NCBI GenBank assembly: GCA_025786725.1
Contig: JAHLTZ010000004.1
Span: 434,001-498,000, forward strand
Length of the DNA stretch: 64,000 bases
Direction of reading: 5' to 3'
From: Syncephalis fuscata S228
Taxonomy: Eukaryota > Fungi > Zoopagomycota
A program made the translations under genes and the position numbers. Below are positions 11,653 through 25,830 of the stretch, piece by piece. The notes below the pieces were generated by a model. It was not told the DNA's origin. It did no database searches and was given only the letters and a program-made list of their open reading frames with translations. The stretch's first letter is position 1, and each line of letters begins with the position of its first letter.

Positions 11653-13493
11653 ATGGGTAATACATCGTCAAAAAGCCCAAATACTCGTCGGAGTAAAATG
11701 ATCCAGTCGGCACCTGGAAGTTTTGTAGGTGTGCAACGTGGTGCTGCTCGTGCCCGTACCTTGGGACTACATTTAGGTGAAGTCCGCGAACAATCCGGCG
11801 ACACCATGCTTTCGCCTGGGTACTGGCAACGACCGGGACGCAGTCTTAGCCATCGGTCTTCCGAAGAAGCCGATGCCCGTTCTAACTATGCTTACTCGGT
11901 TAAAAACAACGAGAAGATGAACGAGGCGGCCAATGCGGCTCAGTTATCTGACAAAGAAAACGAAATGGAATTTGGACCTAGTGACACGCCATCGTGTAAA
12001 ACACCACGTGAAACGTCCATCACCCTATTCCATTCGCAGCCCAAGACCAAGCAGCAGGACATAAAGCCTGCATCGCCGACAGCGCCGACGGCTCTTCGAT
12101 CTTCGCACCCTGCGGATATTGAAGACTATTTGGATCCATTTTACGACGAGCCGCTTATTTCACCGGGTGCCCTTTCCGTCGATAGTAAAAGATACCGATT
12201 GAGTGTTGCCACCACTACAGCATCCGATCCAAACGCATTCCGCCGCACCTTATCTGGCATGTCAACCATGTCAGGCACGACTGCATCGCCTACCGTATCA
12301 CGGGGCCAAACCAGCACACTTGGTGGCTATTATTCCGCCGAACAAAGCTTTATTAGTACATGTAGTAATATTTATCCTGCAGCATTTTCGGATTATGCTG
12401 CAGAAGAAGTTAATATCTGGGTAGATGAGCGTCGGTACCAAAACTCACCGAATGCCCCCTATCCTATGCCAAACGACGAGCAAGAGTGCAAACGGTAGGT
12501 AGTACTTATCAAATACATGGCCATAACTGACATTTAATGATCATTAGTCTTGAACAAGTACACGTTCTTATTCGAGGTGTACTTAAACAGAATTACATCG
12601 CTCCATTGGATGAGCCTAAACAAGTGTTAGATGTTGGCTGTGGTACCGGTATTTGGATGTTGGTAAGTTTACTAATTGATTTTAATGATTAATAGAAACT
12701 GTGCTGATTTATTGGCTTTAATCACTTATAGGAAATGGCCGAAGAGTTTCCAGACTGTGAATTCACCGGCATTGACATCTCTAACGTCCTACGAACCGAT
12801 ACGCTGCCTGCAAACTGCATCTTTAAACTAGGCAATGCACTAGAACGTAAGTAATCGATTTGAGCGATAAACAGTGTTATTTATTATAAATAACAATCAA
12901 TATTTTTATTATTGCTATTATTACTTTTATTACTTTTACTACTATTGCTTAAATGTACTAATTTACATCATTGTATAGGCTTACGATTCAAAGACAACTC
13001 ATTTGATTATGTACATCAATTGCAGTTTGGCCTTGGTGTCCCTAAACGCCATTGGCCACGTCTTTGCCGAGAATACAAACGCATCCTACGTCCTGACGGT
13101 TGGATGGAGTTTGCCGAAACAGATGGACGCTACTTCCGTACCGGTCCAGCGGGTAATTTAATTAATAACTGGCTAAAAGAAATGTATGCGGCACGCGGTG
13201 TCGAGCCACGTCGCTGTTGCCTATTACCGGAGATTCTAGCCGATGCTGGGTTTCCGGTAGTACTGCGTCGTATCTATTCGTTCCCTCTTGGTCAATGGGG
13301 CAAGCGACTTGGGCAGTCAGCACTAGTGGATGCACAAGTAACACTGCAATCATTGTGGCCAAGAATCCGCGAAGTAGAAACACAACTTACCAAAGAGGAA
13401 TTCGATCAAGCAGTCATGGTTGACTGGCCATCCGAGGTAGACGAACACAAAACTTACTTTAATTTACGTGTCTACTGGTGTCAAAAAGACTAA
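11653..13493 (+). CDS. Class I SAM-dependent methyltransferase, LaeA-like, with a long disordered N-terminus
   Basis: Spliced exons give [58 protein letters not shown] and RILRPDGWMEFAE. Starts MGNTSS. Three coding introns (first at 12495-12547). Confidence 0.9.
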
Positions 13494-14454
13494 TACAATT
13501 GTTATTATTACTACTACTGCACCCATAAGAATAAGAATAGCTTAAGAATAACAACAACGCCGTAGTAGTAACAGTAATAACACTAATCTACTACTACTAC
13601 TAATAATAATAATAATAACACTTAATCGACACACTAATAATCGTCTCATGTCCTACCTTCTTCTTCGTCATTCCTCTTTGTGTTACGGTTTGTCGTTATC
13701 TACCCGCTTTGCATTCCTTTCTTTTGCCTACAACCTAATATTATTCCTTTCTTCAAAATTTTTTGATCTATCCTTCTTGCTCACTTGAGCAATTACTAGA
13801 CAGATTGATAATGGTGCTACAGTGGAGCCATCTTCTCCAGTTCCACTGTGTGCTATTTCGTCGGTTTAGTACTTTTATTTACCTACAGGCACTCTTGTTT
13901 TTTTACCTTTAACATTTATTATCTGCGCAAGAGTTTCCCGTTCAAGCGTGTGTAACCAGCTTTTGTGTACTCATGTTGAACGCTTGTTAGTTACCTACGA
14001 GAATACAGCCCGCATCATTTATGCACGCTAGGTATCTGGATTCGTCTTGTACATCTTTCTAGCTTTATTATTTTATTGTAAAGAAACACTATATCTATCC
14101 TAACGACTTTTACATCAGTTAAATATTTATTTGATTTACCAACCTTCAACACTATTGTTGTGTAAAGTGTAATGACCAATTAGTGATTATTATAAATGTT
14201 AAATATTAAAATTAATACTAAATATTCAAATTAATGTTATTACACACACAGCGTGATCAAGTGAGGAAAGATATCATATTTTACTTTTTTTTGTTTTTTA
14301 TTCTTTTTTTCCAAGTACACACTTTAACTTATATACTCGGGATCGAGTGTTATTTACTTTTTATTATTGATTAGGCAATTTATACGACAATAACCGGCCA
14401 GTTCTACTATCTCCGGCTTATGCTGTAGTGCTTATTCGCTATATCTCGGGGATA

Positions 14455-17018
14455 ATGACACCTACTCTGACGAAATCTGTGGCAAGTCATGCCACGTCGG
14501 AAGAACAGTCTAAGCATGATGCTCTAGCTTCTGTTGAAGGCTTGGGTGAATTGGTACCTGAACTATCTGCACCAATTCAAAACTTCTTGACAGCCATTGT
14601 ACCGCAGCCAGAACGCTTTCTTGGCCCGGCTGCTGTGCCGCTACTCAAAAAAGCGACTGATAATACAGTAACACCTAAAAGACGTCAGTCTAAACCGGCA
14701 GCTCCTATTAAAGCTGAATATACTTTACCTGAAGAGTGTTTGCAAGTAACCAGCGGTATTTTTAATCATGCTTGTCAATTGGATCCAAAACCCGAATTAT
14801 TTGGACCAATATCTCATCTTACTACCGAAGGACTAGATCATGAACAAATCTGGCAGTGTATGCAACTAAGAAATGAACCACTATTGGATTGGGCAAAAGA
14901 TAGACTAAAATCATTAAAAAATGCACTGGATAGTTTGGATGCTGGAGAGGAACAAGAGGAGGAAGAGGAAGAGGAAGAGGAGGAAGAGGAGGAGGAAGAT
15001 GATGAAAGCGACAATGATGATGACGATGATGATGATGATGATGACTTGGATCAATATAAAAGTGATGCCAGTCATGAAATGAAATTATTGTCTGAAGAGG
15101 AAAGCGATGAAAATGATTCAGATTTATTAAGGTAATTGGTCTATTAATTTAATAGAAATGTCAATTAATACAATAATGATTAAAGCGATGGTGATGATAT
15201 GAGAGAACGTTCAAGCAAATTGAAGTCAAAGAAATCATCCAATCAGCCTCGTTTTGTTGGTGACAGTGATGATGATGACGAGTCAGATCACGATGATGAA
15301 TTTGCTGAGGCAGAAGGACTTAATGATGAATTCTTTTCACTTAAAGAAATGAATGAATTTGCCGATGATGCTGAAGATGCCGAATGGCGAGCTATTGAAA
15401 AGGAAGAACGTGGCGATGCTTCTGGAGATGACGAAGAAAACGAAGAAAGCGATTTTGACTACTTCCAAGGTTAGTAGTAATATATAATAGTATCAATAGA
15501 TAGCTTATATAATACTGTGTAGATCCTGATGAAATGGAAAGTGACGAAGAAGGAGATGAAGAAGAAGAGGATATTGAAGCTAGTGGTAAGTAGTTTATTG
15601 GCGTATTAGTAAAAGGCTAATAACATGATTAGAAATCAAATATGATGATTTTTTTTACCACCAAAAAACATAGAATAACGAGGAGAAGAATAAGAAAAAG
15701 GTTCAATTTAAACCGACAGATGATGATGAGATGGAAGAAGATGACGAAGATGAAAGCGAAGAAGAGACTGGCGATAATAATAAAATGAGCAGTACTCGTA
15801 ATCTATTTGCCGATGATGATGACGAAGATGGTCAAGGTAAATAGCTGCTATTTATATTATGTTATGGCTAATCATACTGTTATTTATGATTTAATAATAA
15901 AGATGGCAAATCAGCCTTTGAAAAACAACAAGAAAGGCTAAAGGAAAAGATCCAAGAGCTTGAAGATGAAAGCATTGCCAAAAAGAGTGGGCCTTGTTGG
16001 GCGAGGTAAGAATTGCTTACAAAGCTTTAAGCTGTACTAATTAAAGACTCAATATACTAGGCAACTAGCAAGGACCGTCCATTAAACAGCTTGCTAGAAG
16101 AAGATTTAGAGTTTGAACATGCCGGCAAAGTAAGTGCTTTATATTTGATTACATCATAAGCTATAACGTTTATTAGGCAGTGCCAGTAATCACTGAAGAA
16201 ATCACCGCGACCATTGAAGATATGATTAAGCAGCGTATCATTGATGTAAGTGGAATTAAATATATCATCAATTATTCAATTGACTAACTAATAATTAACT
16301 AATTAATTATTATATAATAATAGAATCGATTTGATGATGTGATCCGAAAGAAAGATCCAAAGGCAACACCATTCCGTCCTTCACAGCAATTTGAATTCAA
16401 TGATGAAAAGAGCAAACAGTCATTGGCACAAATTTATGAGGATGAATATGTTAAGGCAACGTCAGATGAACCAGTCACTGATGTCAAGGATGAAGCGCTA
16501 CAAAAGGAACATACAGAGATTGATGGCATGTGGCGATATGTATGCTCGCAACTGGATGCATTGTCGAACCAGCACTTTGTTCCTAAGCAGGTATGTTTAA
16601 CACGTATATCAGTTAGATTTAAAGATATTAACTTGTTTTATTGTTACTGCAATGTTTACATAATAGCCCAAGACAGAAATTAAGGTGGTTGCTGATGTGG
16701 CCGCTATTTCTATGGAAGAGGCTACACCGGTTACAGCTAATGATGCATCACTGCTAGCACCAGAGGAAATATACGAAAAGAAACGAGGAGAAGTTAAGGT
16801 AAGCCAAGCATGGATAATTATAGTAGCATCTACTAATGATTGGTGTAATATAGGGAGTAACCGAATTGGATCAAGCAGAGCGTAAACGTTTACGTAATCG
16901 TAAAAAGCGATTGCATAAATTACGACATGGCGACAAGAAAGAGGATGATACGTCTAGCATTGCAAAGCACGACAAAAGTAAAACGTCAAAATTTGAAAAG
17001 ACGACGACCAAACATTAG
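14455..17018 (+). CDS. MPP10: U3 snoRNP protein Mpp10 (multi-exon)
   Basis: DHEQIWQ, acidic tracts, GLNDEFFSLKEMNEF, RPLNSLLEEDLEFE, SKQSLAQIYEDEY, LDALSNQHFVPK, AISMEEATP, LLAPEEIY. Confidence 0.92.
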
Positions 17019-20000
17019 AAGTAAAGATGATTTATTAATAATATCGTAGTAATGCTACCGCAAATAAATAAAACTGTGATAACGGAAAACTATTATACAA
17101 GTGATAAAACAATGTTTATTTAATTTGTGCATAATGAATTTGTACTTGTAAAAATAGATAGATAAAGTTTAGTTACGTCGATTGTAATTGTAATCTAGTT
17201 ACTTAATTATTAATAAACTTTTTAATTAAATGAGTTATGACACTAATCTCAAAACAAATGGACAATAGTAATGAAACCATTATTATAATATCATATCGTT
17301 TCAATAAACACAACATACAATTTATTGATTAAAATTGATGGAGCTACTGTACTTTGACCCCCACATTTTTATGTACTCATTTCACCGCCTTTTTCTTCTC
17401 GCTATCTTATTGTTTTATATTTTGTTTTACTTTTGTTTCAGTGCTATATTATGCAATAATGCTGAATATAACAATATAAATAACATGCGTATTTAAACAT
17501 CAATAAAAACATTATTCAATCTCTAGTCTTTATTTCTTTTATTTACATCAACACCTGCTCATGTAACCTCAACGGCATGGCATATCTTCTGGTTACAACT
17601 GTCACCACAAAATTTTCCTGGTGAAGACATTCAACCTATCATTATTGCATATGATAGAGGCCATTTGCTTTATTAATGGTCGACAAATAATCTGCACCTA
17701 TCAAATTGATACCAAGAATGCTCAAGATAATGGTAAACATCAAAAATGCTAGTCGTTCTACCTTTTTAGCACCATAGACGAGTATCTTAGATTACAAATA
17801 TGCCCAAATGCAACAGTAGAAGATTGGAGAATAGAATAGACCATTTAGATGCAAAGAAACCACACTGTAAGTAGTAACAACAATAACAACTGCGGAACGA
17901 TATGGAATTGCAATCAATGGCTTTTATTAATATTTGATCAAACTTTCTACCTATGACCAACAACAACAATGATCGGCCTCGTGAGTTGCAAAGTAGTTAA
18001 ATAAGCATTATAGCTATGTTTGCTGTGCATAACAGCATGACTTTTATTGAAACGAATTTTGCTTTGAAGACTCCATATGTGGGAGTCAAAGTACAATCCA
18101 ACCAAAATCATTTCGGTTGAATATATATAATTATTAATTTCCGCCACTGCCATTTCATTTATTAACTAACACATTTAACAAACATTCAACAATAATCTTA
18201 ATTAACACTTGACTGGATAAAAACTCAAACAATATATCTCCCTTTATTTAGAAAACCATGTTAAGTGATGGCACTAATTACAGTGTATTTTATACTGTAA
18301 CTGATCCTTGTGCCGATGATGGCAAATGTAATCCGAATAACCTATTGACTCGGCACCAATGTTTGAATAACTATATTAAATATTTGTTAGTATTATTTAA
18401 TAGTAATAAAACATCTACATCTAGTTGATCGTTGTTCATATATAATTCATAGCGTACATGTAGCATGGTTCTTTTGTTGTTTAAATATTATTATTATTTG
18501 TTATACAGTATTATAAATAAATGCAAAGTTGTTAAAAGTTGTTTATCACGATGATTGGCTAATATAGAAACTATGCGTTCATTTGAAGTATGGATAATGC
18601 TGCGACTTGAACATAAGTAATAGTTATTAGAAACACATAGCTTTATATTGGCTTCTTATCAATATAATAATACGGTTTAATAAACGGTAGATATGCAGCA
18701 ATAAGCATTACTAAATTACTACTTCACGCAATTGTAGCTAGTGCGTAAAGCTAAGCGTATAAACACCATCGCATATTAGGATTAAAAAACGGACATTGCT
18801 ATATATTGCTGCATCATCAAATAATTACAAAATAAAACAATCTTTGCCACGTTGTAACCAACTGCAGAAATATTATTTATCATCGGATTGCTAGATTACA
18901 CATTATCCAGTATTTCTATTTTGCATCAATTCGGTAATGCTTTTTGTAAATGATATTTAGACTAACACTATAGCAATTCCTTTAACAATATCTCAAGTAA
19001 ACAGTGCGCAGAAGCAATATCCAACTTACTAAATACTATTATTGAACACCTTAAACACCACATGTTTTTGCATTGCGCCAGTATACAGTCTCTATTTTGC
19101 TACAAAAACACCACTTTTACACTGGCTAGTTAAAATAATTAACTAGTGTGGCAATTTTTAATTAATTGTGCCACCATATTAGCATTATTTTCAGACACTA
19201 GTGGATACGCCCACTTCTCCAAAACATTTTTGTCATTCCGCACACAATTAAATCAATCGATCCACACAAATTTATTACTGTATTAGTTAAATAAAAATGA
19301 CTATTTTTCTTTAAAAATATGGTCTATAACATAATTCACCGATTGAGTTTCAATGCTACTAAATAGAAATAAAATACACGTTGTTATATTACATTACAAA
19401 GCCCGTTAAAGCTATGAAGTAAAAACAGGAATAAACACGTAACCATATCGACTGCAAAGGCCAACATGAAAACCAGTATGATGTGGCACATGCATGCTTA
19501 GCCAAGTGACTATACAAAATACCGATATGTGTAATAGTTTACTATGCAATTTATGACCAAAGCTATCGTATCGGTAAACAAAAAATATTACAACAAATGT
19601 AACGTTAAAATATTTGTAAAATAAAATCTCTATTTTAATTTTATTTTACTAATAATATTTCTGTAATAATGAGTAGTTTTTTGGGGGGAAAGTAAAATGA
19701 CTTTATTCTTAATGTATTTACTATTAATATGTTTTATGATGTACCGACATGTTGGGTAGATTGACCTTTATTATTTACACTTCATTTATTAATGAATTAA
19801 ACTCGGCTGTTTATAAATATTGACTGACAGGCTCACATTTCACAATCTACGTCATCACAATGTCCTTTCTCTTTCTTTGCACTTGACAGTATATATCCAT
19901 TACATATACTTGTACACTCTATGTATGTTAACTAGATAGTGTTAGTATTTGACTGACTACTAGTCAAGTACAAACACTATTTATATTACTATCTTGCATT

Positions 20001-20594
20001 ACTCTTTTGTAATTTTACTCTTTTTACAAATTATTTCCATTACTTTGATAATTGGTATTATTAATTTCTTTAATATAATAAGTGCATTTCTAGCTTGTTT
20101 TTATGTTATGCTGCCGAAGTAACTGTATACTTTGCTTTTACTACAGATAGCAATTACACATCATCTGCAGCAGCTTTGCAATTTCAACAGTGACAGTGCA
20201 ATCTGTTACTACCGAAACTGTACAAGCTATCACTAAGATGATCTGCAGTGGCAATCTATGAAAAACTAAGATATATGGTAATTCCGGCAGCATATAGCCA
20301 CAACAGTCATCATGTATAAATATTGCATGCATACAATAGCAAAACTATAGGAAGCACTACTGGTATAGCTGCTGAAAAAGTACTCAGTGCTAGTACAGTA
20401 GTACTAAATGCCATTACTACTACTACTGTCTATGCATAGCTGCCAGCATAATGACTGTGGTGGCTATATTCGATGCTATTTTTTTATCAATAGAATAGCA
20501 TATAATAGTATGATTATACAATGATGAATAATATGGATGAATAGAGAATATATGCATACTGGATAATCAATCTATGATGATGAGTATTTTAAAC

Positions 20595-20670
20595 TTTGAT
20601 GTTACTCACCATCCATCATCGTGTTCAATAAAAAAGATGTTTAATTTAAATGTATGAATATTATTAAATT
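20595..20670 (+). repeat. Short dispersed repeat, copy 2
   Basis: actcaccatccatcat...tttaatttaaatgtatgaatattattaaat is shared with 25378-25440. Confidence 0.75.
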
Positions 20671-20965
20671 GTTTTATTATTGTCGATTATTTGGATTTGT
20701 GCTGATAGTTTAAGCTGGAAAAGTAGTCAAATTCTAATAACTTATACAGTAGATTTTATACAACAAAATATAATGATTAAAAGTAAGCTGCACTCATTGT
20801 TGAATAATAAAATACTGGTGCTGTGATAGTAGATTACAACATACTACAAACAAATGATGTTTCAATGTTTTATTTAAACGAAGCTATTTTGTATTAAACA
20901 CTAGATTGCAAATTCAGTGTTTAGCGATGGTATACCATTAGTCAGAGCTAGTGTCAGTGCTGGTA

Positions 20966-21853
20966 TCAGTGGAACCAGTGTGTTGGCGTTGCCGCTACTC
21001 TTGCCGTAAAACCTGCATCTAAAGCCGCGCCATAGTTGCCTCCAACTCGACGAGGCTTACCACCACCTAAACCGCCGCTGCCGCCTAAACCGACACTGCC
21101 GCCTAAACCACCGTTGCCGCCTAAACCGACACTGCCGCCTAAACCACCGTTGCCGCTTAAACCACTACTGCTGCCTAAACCACCGCTGCCGCCTAAACCG
21201 ACACTGCCACCTAAACCACCGCTGCCGCCTAAACCAACACTGCCACCTAAACTACCGTTGCCACCTAAACCGACAATGCCGCCTAAACCGACAATGCCGC
21301 CTAAACCAACACTGCCACCTAAACCACCGTTGCCGCCTAAACCACCATTGCCGCCTAAACCGACACTGCCGTAGCCGCTAGTGCTGCCGTTACCACCGTA
21401 GCCGCCATTACCACCACTGCCGCCACTGCCGCCTGAACCGACACTGCCACCGCTACCACCGTTGCCTCCACTGCTGCTGTTACCGCCATTGCCGCCATCG
21501 CCACCGCTGCCGCCATTGCCTCCACTGCTGCTGTTACCGCCGTTACCGCCGTTACCGCCGTTGCCGCCATTACCACCGTTGCCGCCACTGCTGCTGTTAC
21601 CACCATTGCCGCCATTACCACCGTTGCCACCGTTGCCGCCATTGTCACTTCCAGTAGAGCCGGTTGGCGTTGATGGAGTCTTTGAGCCGCCAGATGATCC
21701 AGGAGTAGTTGATCCGGTGCTGTAGCTGGTGTCGACAGGACCAACGCTATATGAAGTGGAGTCGGCTGTGTAAGTTTGAGGGGCAGCGTCGACATTGGTT
21801 AATGCGATAGCAGCGGCAGCAGCAAGGACAGCGAAATAGATATAGGACTTCAT
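20966..21853 (-). CDS. Secreted glycine-rich repeat protein (295 aa, intronless)
   Basis: Signal peptide [23 protein letters not shown], a Ser/Thr linker, a (GGN)n block and a (GLGGxx)n block. Confidence 0.9.
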   Translation of the reverse strand: MKSYIYFAVLAAAAAIALTNVDAAPQTYTADSTSYSVGPVDTSYSTGSTTPGSSGGSKTPSTPTGSTGSDNGGNGGNGGNGGNGGNSSSGGNGGNGGNGGNGGNGGNSSSGGNGGSGGDGGNGGNSSSGGNGGSGGSVGSGGSGGSGGNGGYGGNGSTSGYGSVGLGGNGGLGGNGGLGGSVGLGGIVGLGGIVGLGGNGSLGGSVGLGGSGGLGGSVGLGGSGGLGSSSGLSGNGGLGGSVGLGGNGGLGGSVGLGGSGGLGGGKPRRVGGNYGAALDAGFTARVAATPTHWFH

Positions 21854-22109
21854 GTTGAATTCTTAGATATATAACTTGTTTAAATAAAATAAACTAAAAT
21901 GTTGTAAATATGAGAAGTGCCTGCGCTTGCTCGGTGCTATTGTTGTGTAAGTACGAAAGTTGTTAAGTAGACTGAATCTGTTGAGTGTGGTGATAATTTA
22001 ATTTCGACACCAAATAGAAGCTGCTTTATATACCAAGTTACTATATCGTTGCACGTTGAAAACATGATGTCGGGTATGATGCTGAAACAATACTTTGCAG
22101 ACAACTGTG

Positions 22110-22315
22110 TACATTCGTACAGTGACTGTTGCCATGCAATGTTACAAAAATGGTATGAAAAACTAGATTTGTTTTGAAATTCCAGCGGAGTTTAGTCAAT
22201 TGAATCATATGATTGCAGGTTACAATTTACATTCAGGCAGTGACTGCTGTTATGTAATGCTGCAAAAATGGCATTGTAAACAAGATTTATTTCAAACTCT
22301 TACAGCGGAGTTATC
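22110..22315. repeat. Degenerate tandem duplication (~118-bp period) upstream of the Gly-rich gene
   Basis: acattcgtacagtgactgttgc...caaaaatgg...cagcggagtt (22111) versus acattcaggcagtgactgctgt...caaaaatgg...cagcggagtt (22229). Confidence 0.7.
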
Positions 22316-22544
22316 AACCGAACCATGCGATTGGTTTCAACTTGGTACAGCTCCATCCATGAAACATGATATAATTGCCCTCAAACCAATAAACAGGTAG
22401 AGTTCTTTCATCTTTGTATACATTATTGACACAGGTGCATAGGACAGAGTATTCTTTTTATTATTGTATTGCAATGTTCAATCAATTCTCAAACTAATTA
22501 ATAATTTGGCTAGATTATATCCCCCAAAACAAGTAATACAGCAA

Positions 22545-24941
22545 TTACAAGTCTGCAAGAGCAGATTGCAATCCGTCCAAAATGCTAACGACACCGTATG
22601 CCCCGGCATCAACTTCATTCACGTGCTCCAAATTTCCTACATATGTAGCGCGGCCCAATTTTGGCTGCATCGTTATAGTTGCATCCATGCCTTGACGAGC
22701 TGCATCAACTGCCTTAGATAGTGTTGCTCCTTGGTCAAACTCTTCGACAAATGGTATCAACGCGTCTAACATTGTACGATCGCCTTTTCTAGCAGCTGTA
22801 TAGCGCTGGAGTTGTTGCAAAGCCACCTTTTGTATTTATCTGTGTTAGCATACTAGACATGGCCACATTGGCTGCCGTCAATACTTACACTAGCTGCTGA
22901 TTGCCATGATTTTTTATCAGATGTAGTAGATGATGCAAAATATGTTGCCAGCGCATTGAAATATATACTAAATAAAGTTATGGGCAATGGTATGTTTGAT
23001 TAAAACTTTTATACAACGCAATAATTCTAGTTACCAATACAGTGCCCCTGATGTGCCACCCATTGAATCCTCGAGTATATCGGCAATGCCAATGGCAAGT
23101 TTATCCAAAGGAGCAAGGGACAGAGTACTGGCATCAAGTGCCGATAGGATGGCTGATCAATGCAACGGTTAATATGCGTTATTAATGAATTTAAACCTAC
23201 CATTGGCGCCACTTTTCAATGTATGACCACAGTCGCCGTCTCCTGTAATTGTATCCAAACGGGTGATCTCTGGTTCCGCGTTGATAACAGATTCGCATGC
23301 TTTTCGAATGACCTTTGCAATTAGCGGATTATCTCCAACTTTTTCACGATTATTAAACTACCGATGCACATATCTGCATTCTTACCGTTGTTATCGACAA
23401 CCTTTGTATTTTTGGAACTATCAGTAAAGCTGTACAGCACGTTTTTGTTATATCCAGCTGCGTGCAGCCAGCCAGTGGCATGATTAGGAGCATCCAAAAG
23501 GCCAAGTAGCTGCGCTTCGCTATTTGAATCTCCCAGCCGGAATAAGGTGATTGAGACTCCAGGTGTATTAAGTGCCGTTATTATAGGCCCACTATAAATT
23601 CTTTTTACCGACAATCCTTTTTGTTCTAACTAAAATTCAATAAAGCGTACACTGCTGCTTTAACTATCAGCTGCTGCTTACCAGCCAGTTCCACAACATC
23701 GTTGGTAAAAGCAGATAACTCTAGTACCGAAGTGCCTCCCAAGTTATTAACAAGCACTACAACACTATCCTTATTTTCTTTAGACCACGATACAAATGCA
23801 CGGTCAGAATCAGTTTCCTCGGTTGCCGTCACCATTGCCAGCATACGCTAGGCAAGTTAGCGCGATGGAAGTAAAGGGATTACTTCGCAGCCAGGTTCAC
23901 CGTGAATACCTTTAATTGCAATCAGTACTAATGACCGTCTTACTTTTATCTAACAGCACATACCCATACCAAGCTCGATTTCATTTGGCTTTAGCTTTCT
24001 TGCGTTTGAGTTGTCGGCACCCGGAACATAACACGGCTCTAGAGCAACTCCTACCGTGCTTAAATTAGATATAACATTTTTTGCTGTAGCTAGGATGGTG
24101 TCTAACAGTTCACTACATAGCAAAATATAAATTATTGAAACATATTGCAGCTAAAAACACTGACCCGCGAGCAGCAAGCGCACCAACAATCTTATGGACC
24201 ACTATCGCACCTGCAAGTCCTCGTCTTCCTACCAGGCCGCCCTTTGCCTTGCCAACGGCACAATCGTCGCCCACTACTACCATTTCAACACGAATGCCTT
24301 CGGCGACAGCACGCTCACGTGCTAGACCAAAATTTAACACATCTCCTGTGTAGTTCTTTACCACTAGCAGCGTGCCATGAGGCGATTGGCACAGACGAAT
24401 AGCCGCTAATATTTGTCGCGGAGAAGGGGATGCAAATAGATTACCACTAACTGCAGCACTTAGCATGCCATTGCCAACATAGCCTATAGCTGTTGGTTCA
24501 TGACCCGCGCCACCTAAAATGATTGTGATATCAGTTACAGTTGTCTTTGGCGCAACGCAGTTTAAAACACAAATTATATCACTTACCGCCGGAAATAACC
24601 GTACTTGTTTTTCGCGTACAGAATCAATATCTCGACAAATAACAACTAATGTTTTATCAGTGATGCATTTGTGATTATCAATAGAATCATTGATTCTTAC
24701 TTTTGTGCTGTTTCACAAGTTGTAAGTGCGGATGAGCTAAAACATAACCATGAATGGCCTCATCAACTAGCTACTTATTGCTTAATACATTGATGCGTGC
24801 GTTTGCCATTGTTTAAATCTACCTTTTCCCGTTCGTTAATGATATGCTTTTGAGAAGCAGCTGTATATACACAATATAAACATCAGTATAGACAACATCA
24901 TGTTATACATCAAGCATACCTTTGCTATCTACTGATGCCAT
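22545..24941 (-). CDS. DAK1: Dihydroxyacetone kinase (Dak1 + Dak2 domains, multi-exon)
   Basis: [80 protein letters not shown]. Confidence 0.95.
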
Positions 24942-25329
24942 AATAATCAGAATAGATGTATTTCTAACAAGGATACTTTTTAAATAAAACAACGACAGAA
25001 GTGCTGAAAAAGATTTAAAAGGCAAAAGGCGTTGGGTATCGGTCTTATACGGTGCAATTGTTACACGAAACAACAGCAAGCACATACACGTCATACTAGT
25101 TATTGCACCCTGTTTGCGTGTTTCAATATATTTAACCAATTTCTTTATTCGTTAGTGTATGAAGAACAAAACGTTCCATAGCTCAAATAAACCGTCGGTC
25201 AGTTTTTAATACTGAAAAGTGAATCAATCAGTCTTAATTAATTTGCACTATTCTCAATATTAAAATAGATATTAAATAGTATTTCTGTTACTTACAATAA
25301 AATATAATAAATAAATGTTAATCCATATT

Positions 25330-25442
25330 ATTGTTGCTGTAAAGTATTCAAAGCATTATAATTTGATATTTAATGTCACTCACCATCCATCATGTTCAAT
25401 GGAAAGAATATTTAATTTAAATGTATGAATATTATTAAATGT
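25330..25442 (+). repeat. Short dispersed repeat, copy 3 (longest overlap with both other copies)
   Basis: Matches 8940-9020 inverted and 20595-20670 direct. Confidence 0.75.
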
Positions 25443-25830
25443 AGTCATTTGGCCACCAAATTACATTAAATTAGTAATAGTTTAAGCAATAATATTTATT
25501 ATTACCCAGTGCTATACTCAATAAAACAAATATGTAGTTTATTTACGCAAATGCTATTAAATTTAATCATTTAACCATTAAATCATACTAAATGGGTAAC
25601 AAGTTAATGTTAAAAATGAATAAATAACATGGTACATATTGGTTCAATAAATAAAACGAGTGATACAAGCCAAAGTTTATAAATGATAAAGCTAACGTCA
25701 AATGAATAATAATATAATCAGCATCTTTGTCAAAAAGAATTTAGAGTAACTATTAAAGATAATGATAATGTGATTGCAAAACAAACATGAAAGCTGTGCT
25801 ATAAATAAGCATCAAAGAAATACGCAAATG

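Noticed and set aside
15640-15995. Frameshifts in MPP10 (and in Tag1-like, DAK1, R1, R5, the 2-TM protein and the secreted genes) as pseudogenisation or programmed frameshifting
   Set aside because: Nearly all are single-base losses in short homopolymers, including in an essential gene. This is the typical long-read consensus error pattern, and read data are needed to say more.
21060-21640. Regular repeats as a CRISPR array
   Set aside because: These are coding tandem repeats without unique spacers, in eukaryotic DNA with no cas genes.
21036-21725. Extensin-like PPKP / PPL ORFs on the + strand
   Set aside because: They are antisense shadows of the Gly-rich gene and lack an ATG start and a signal peptide.
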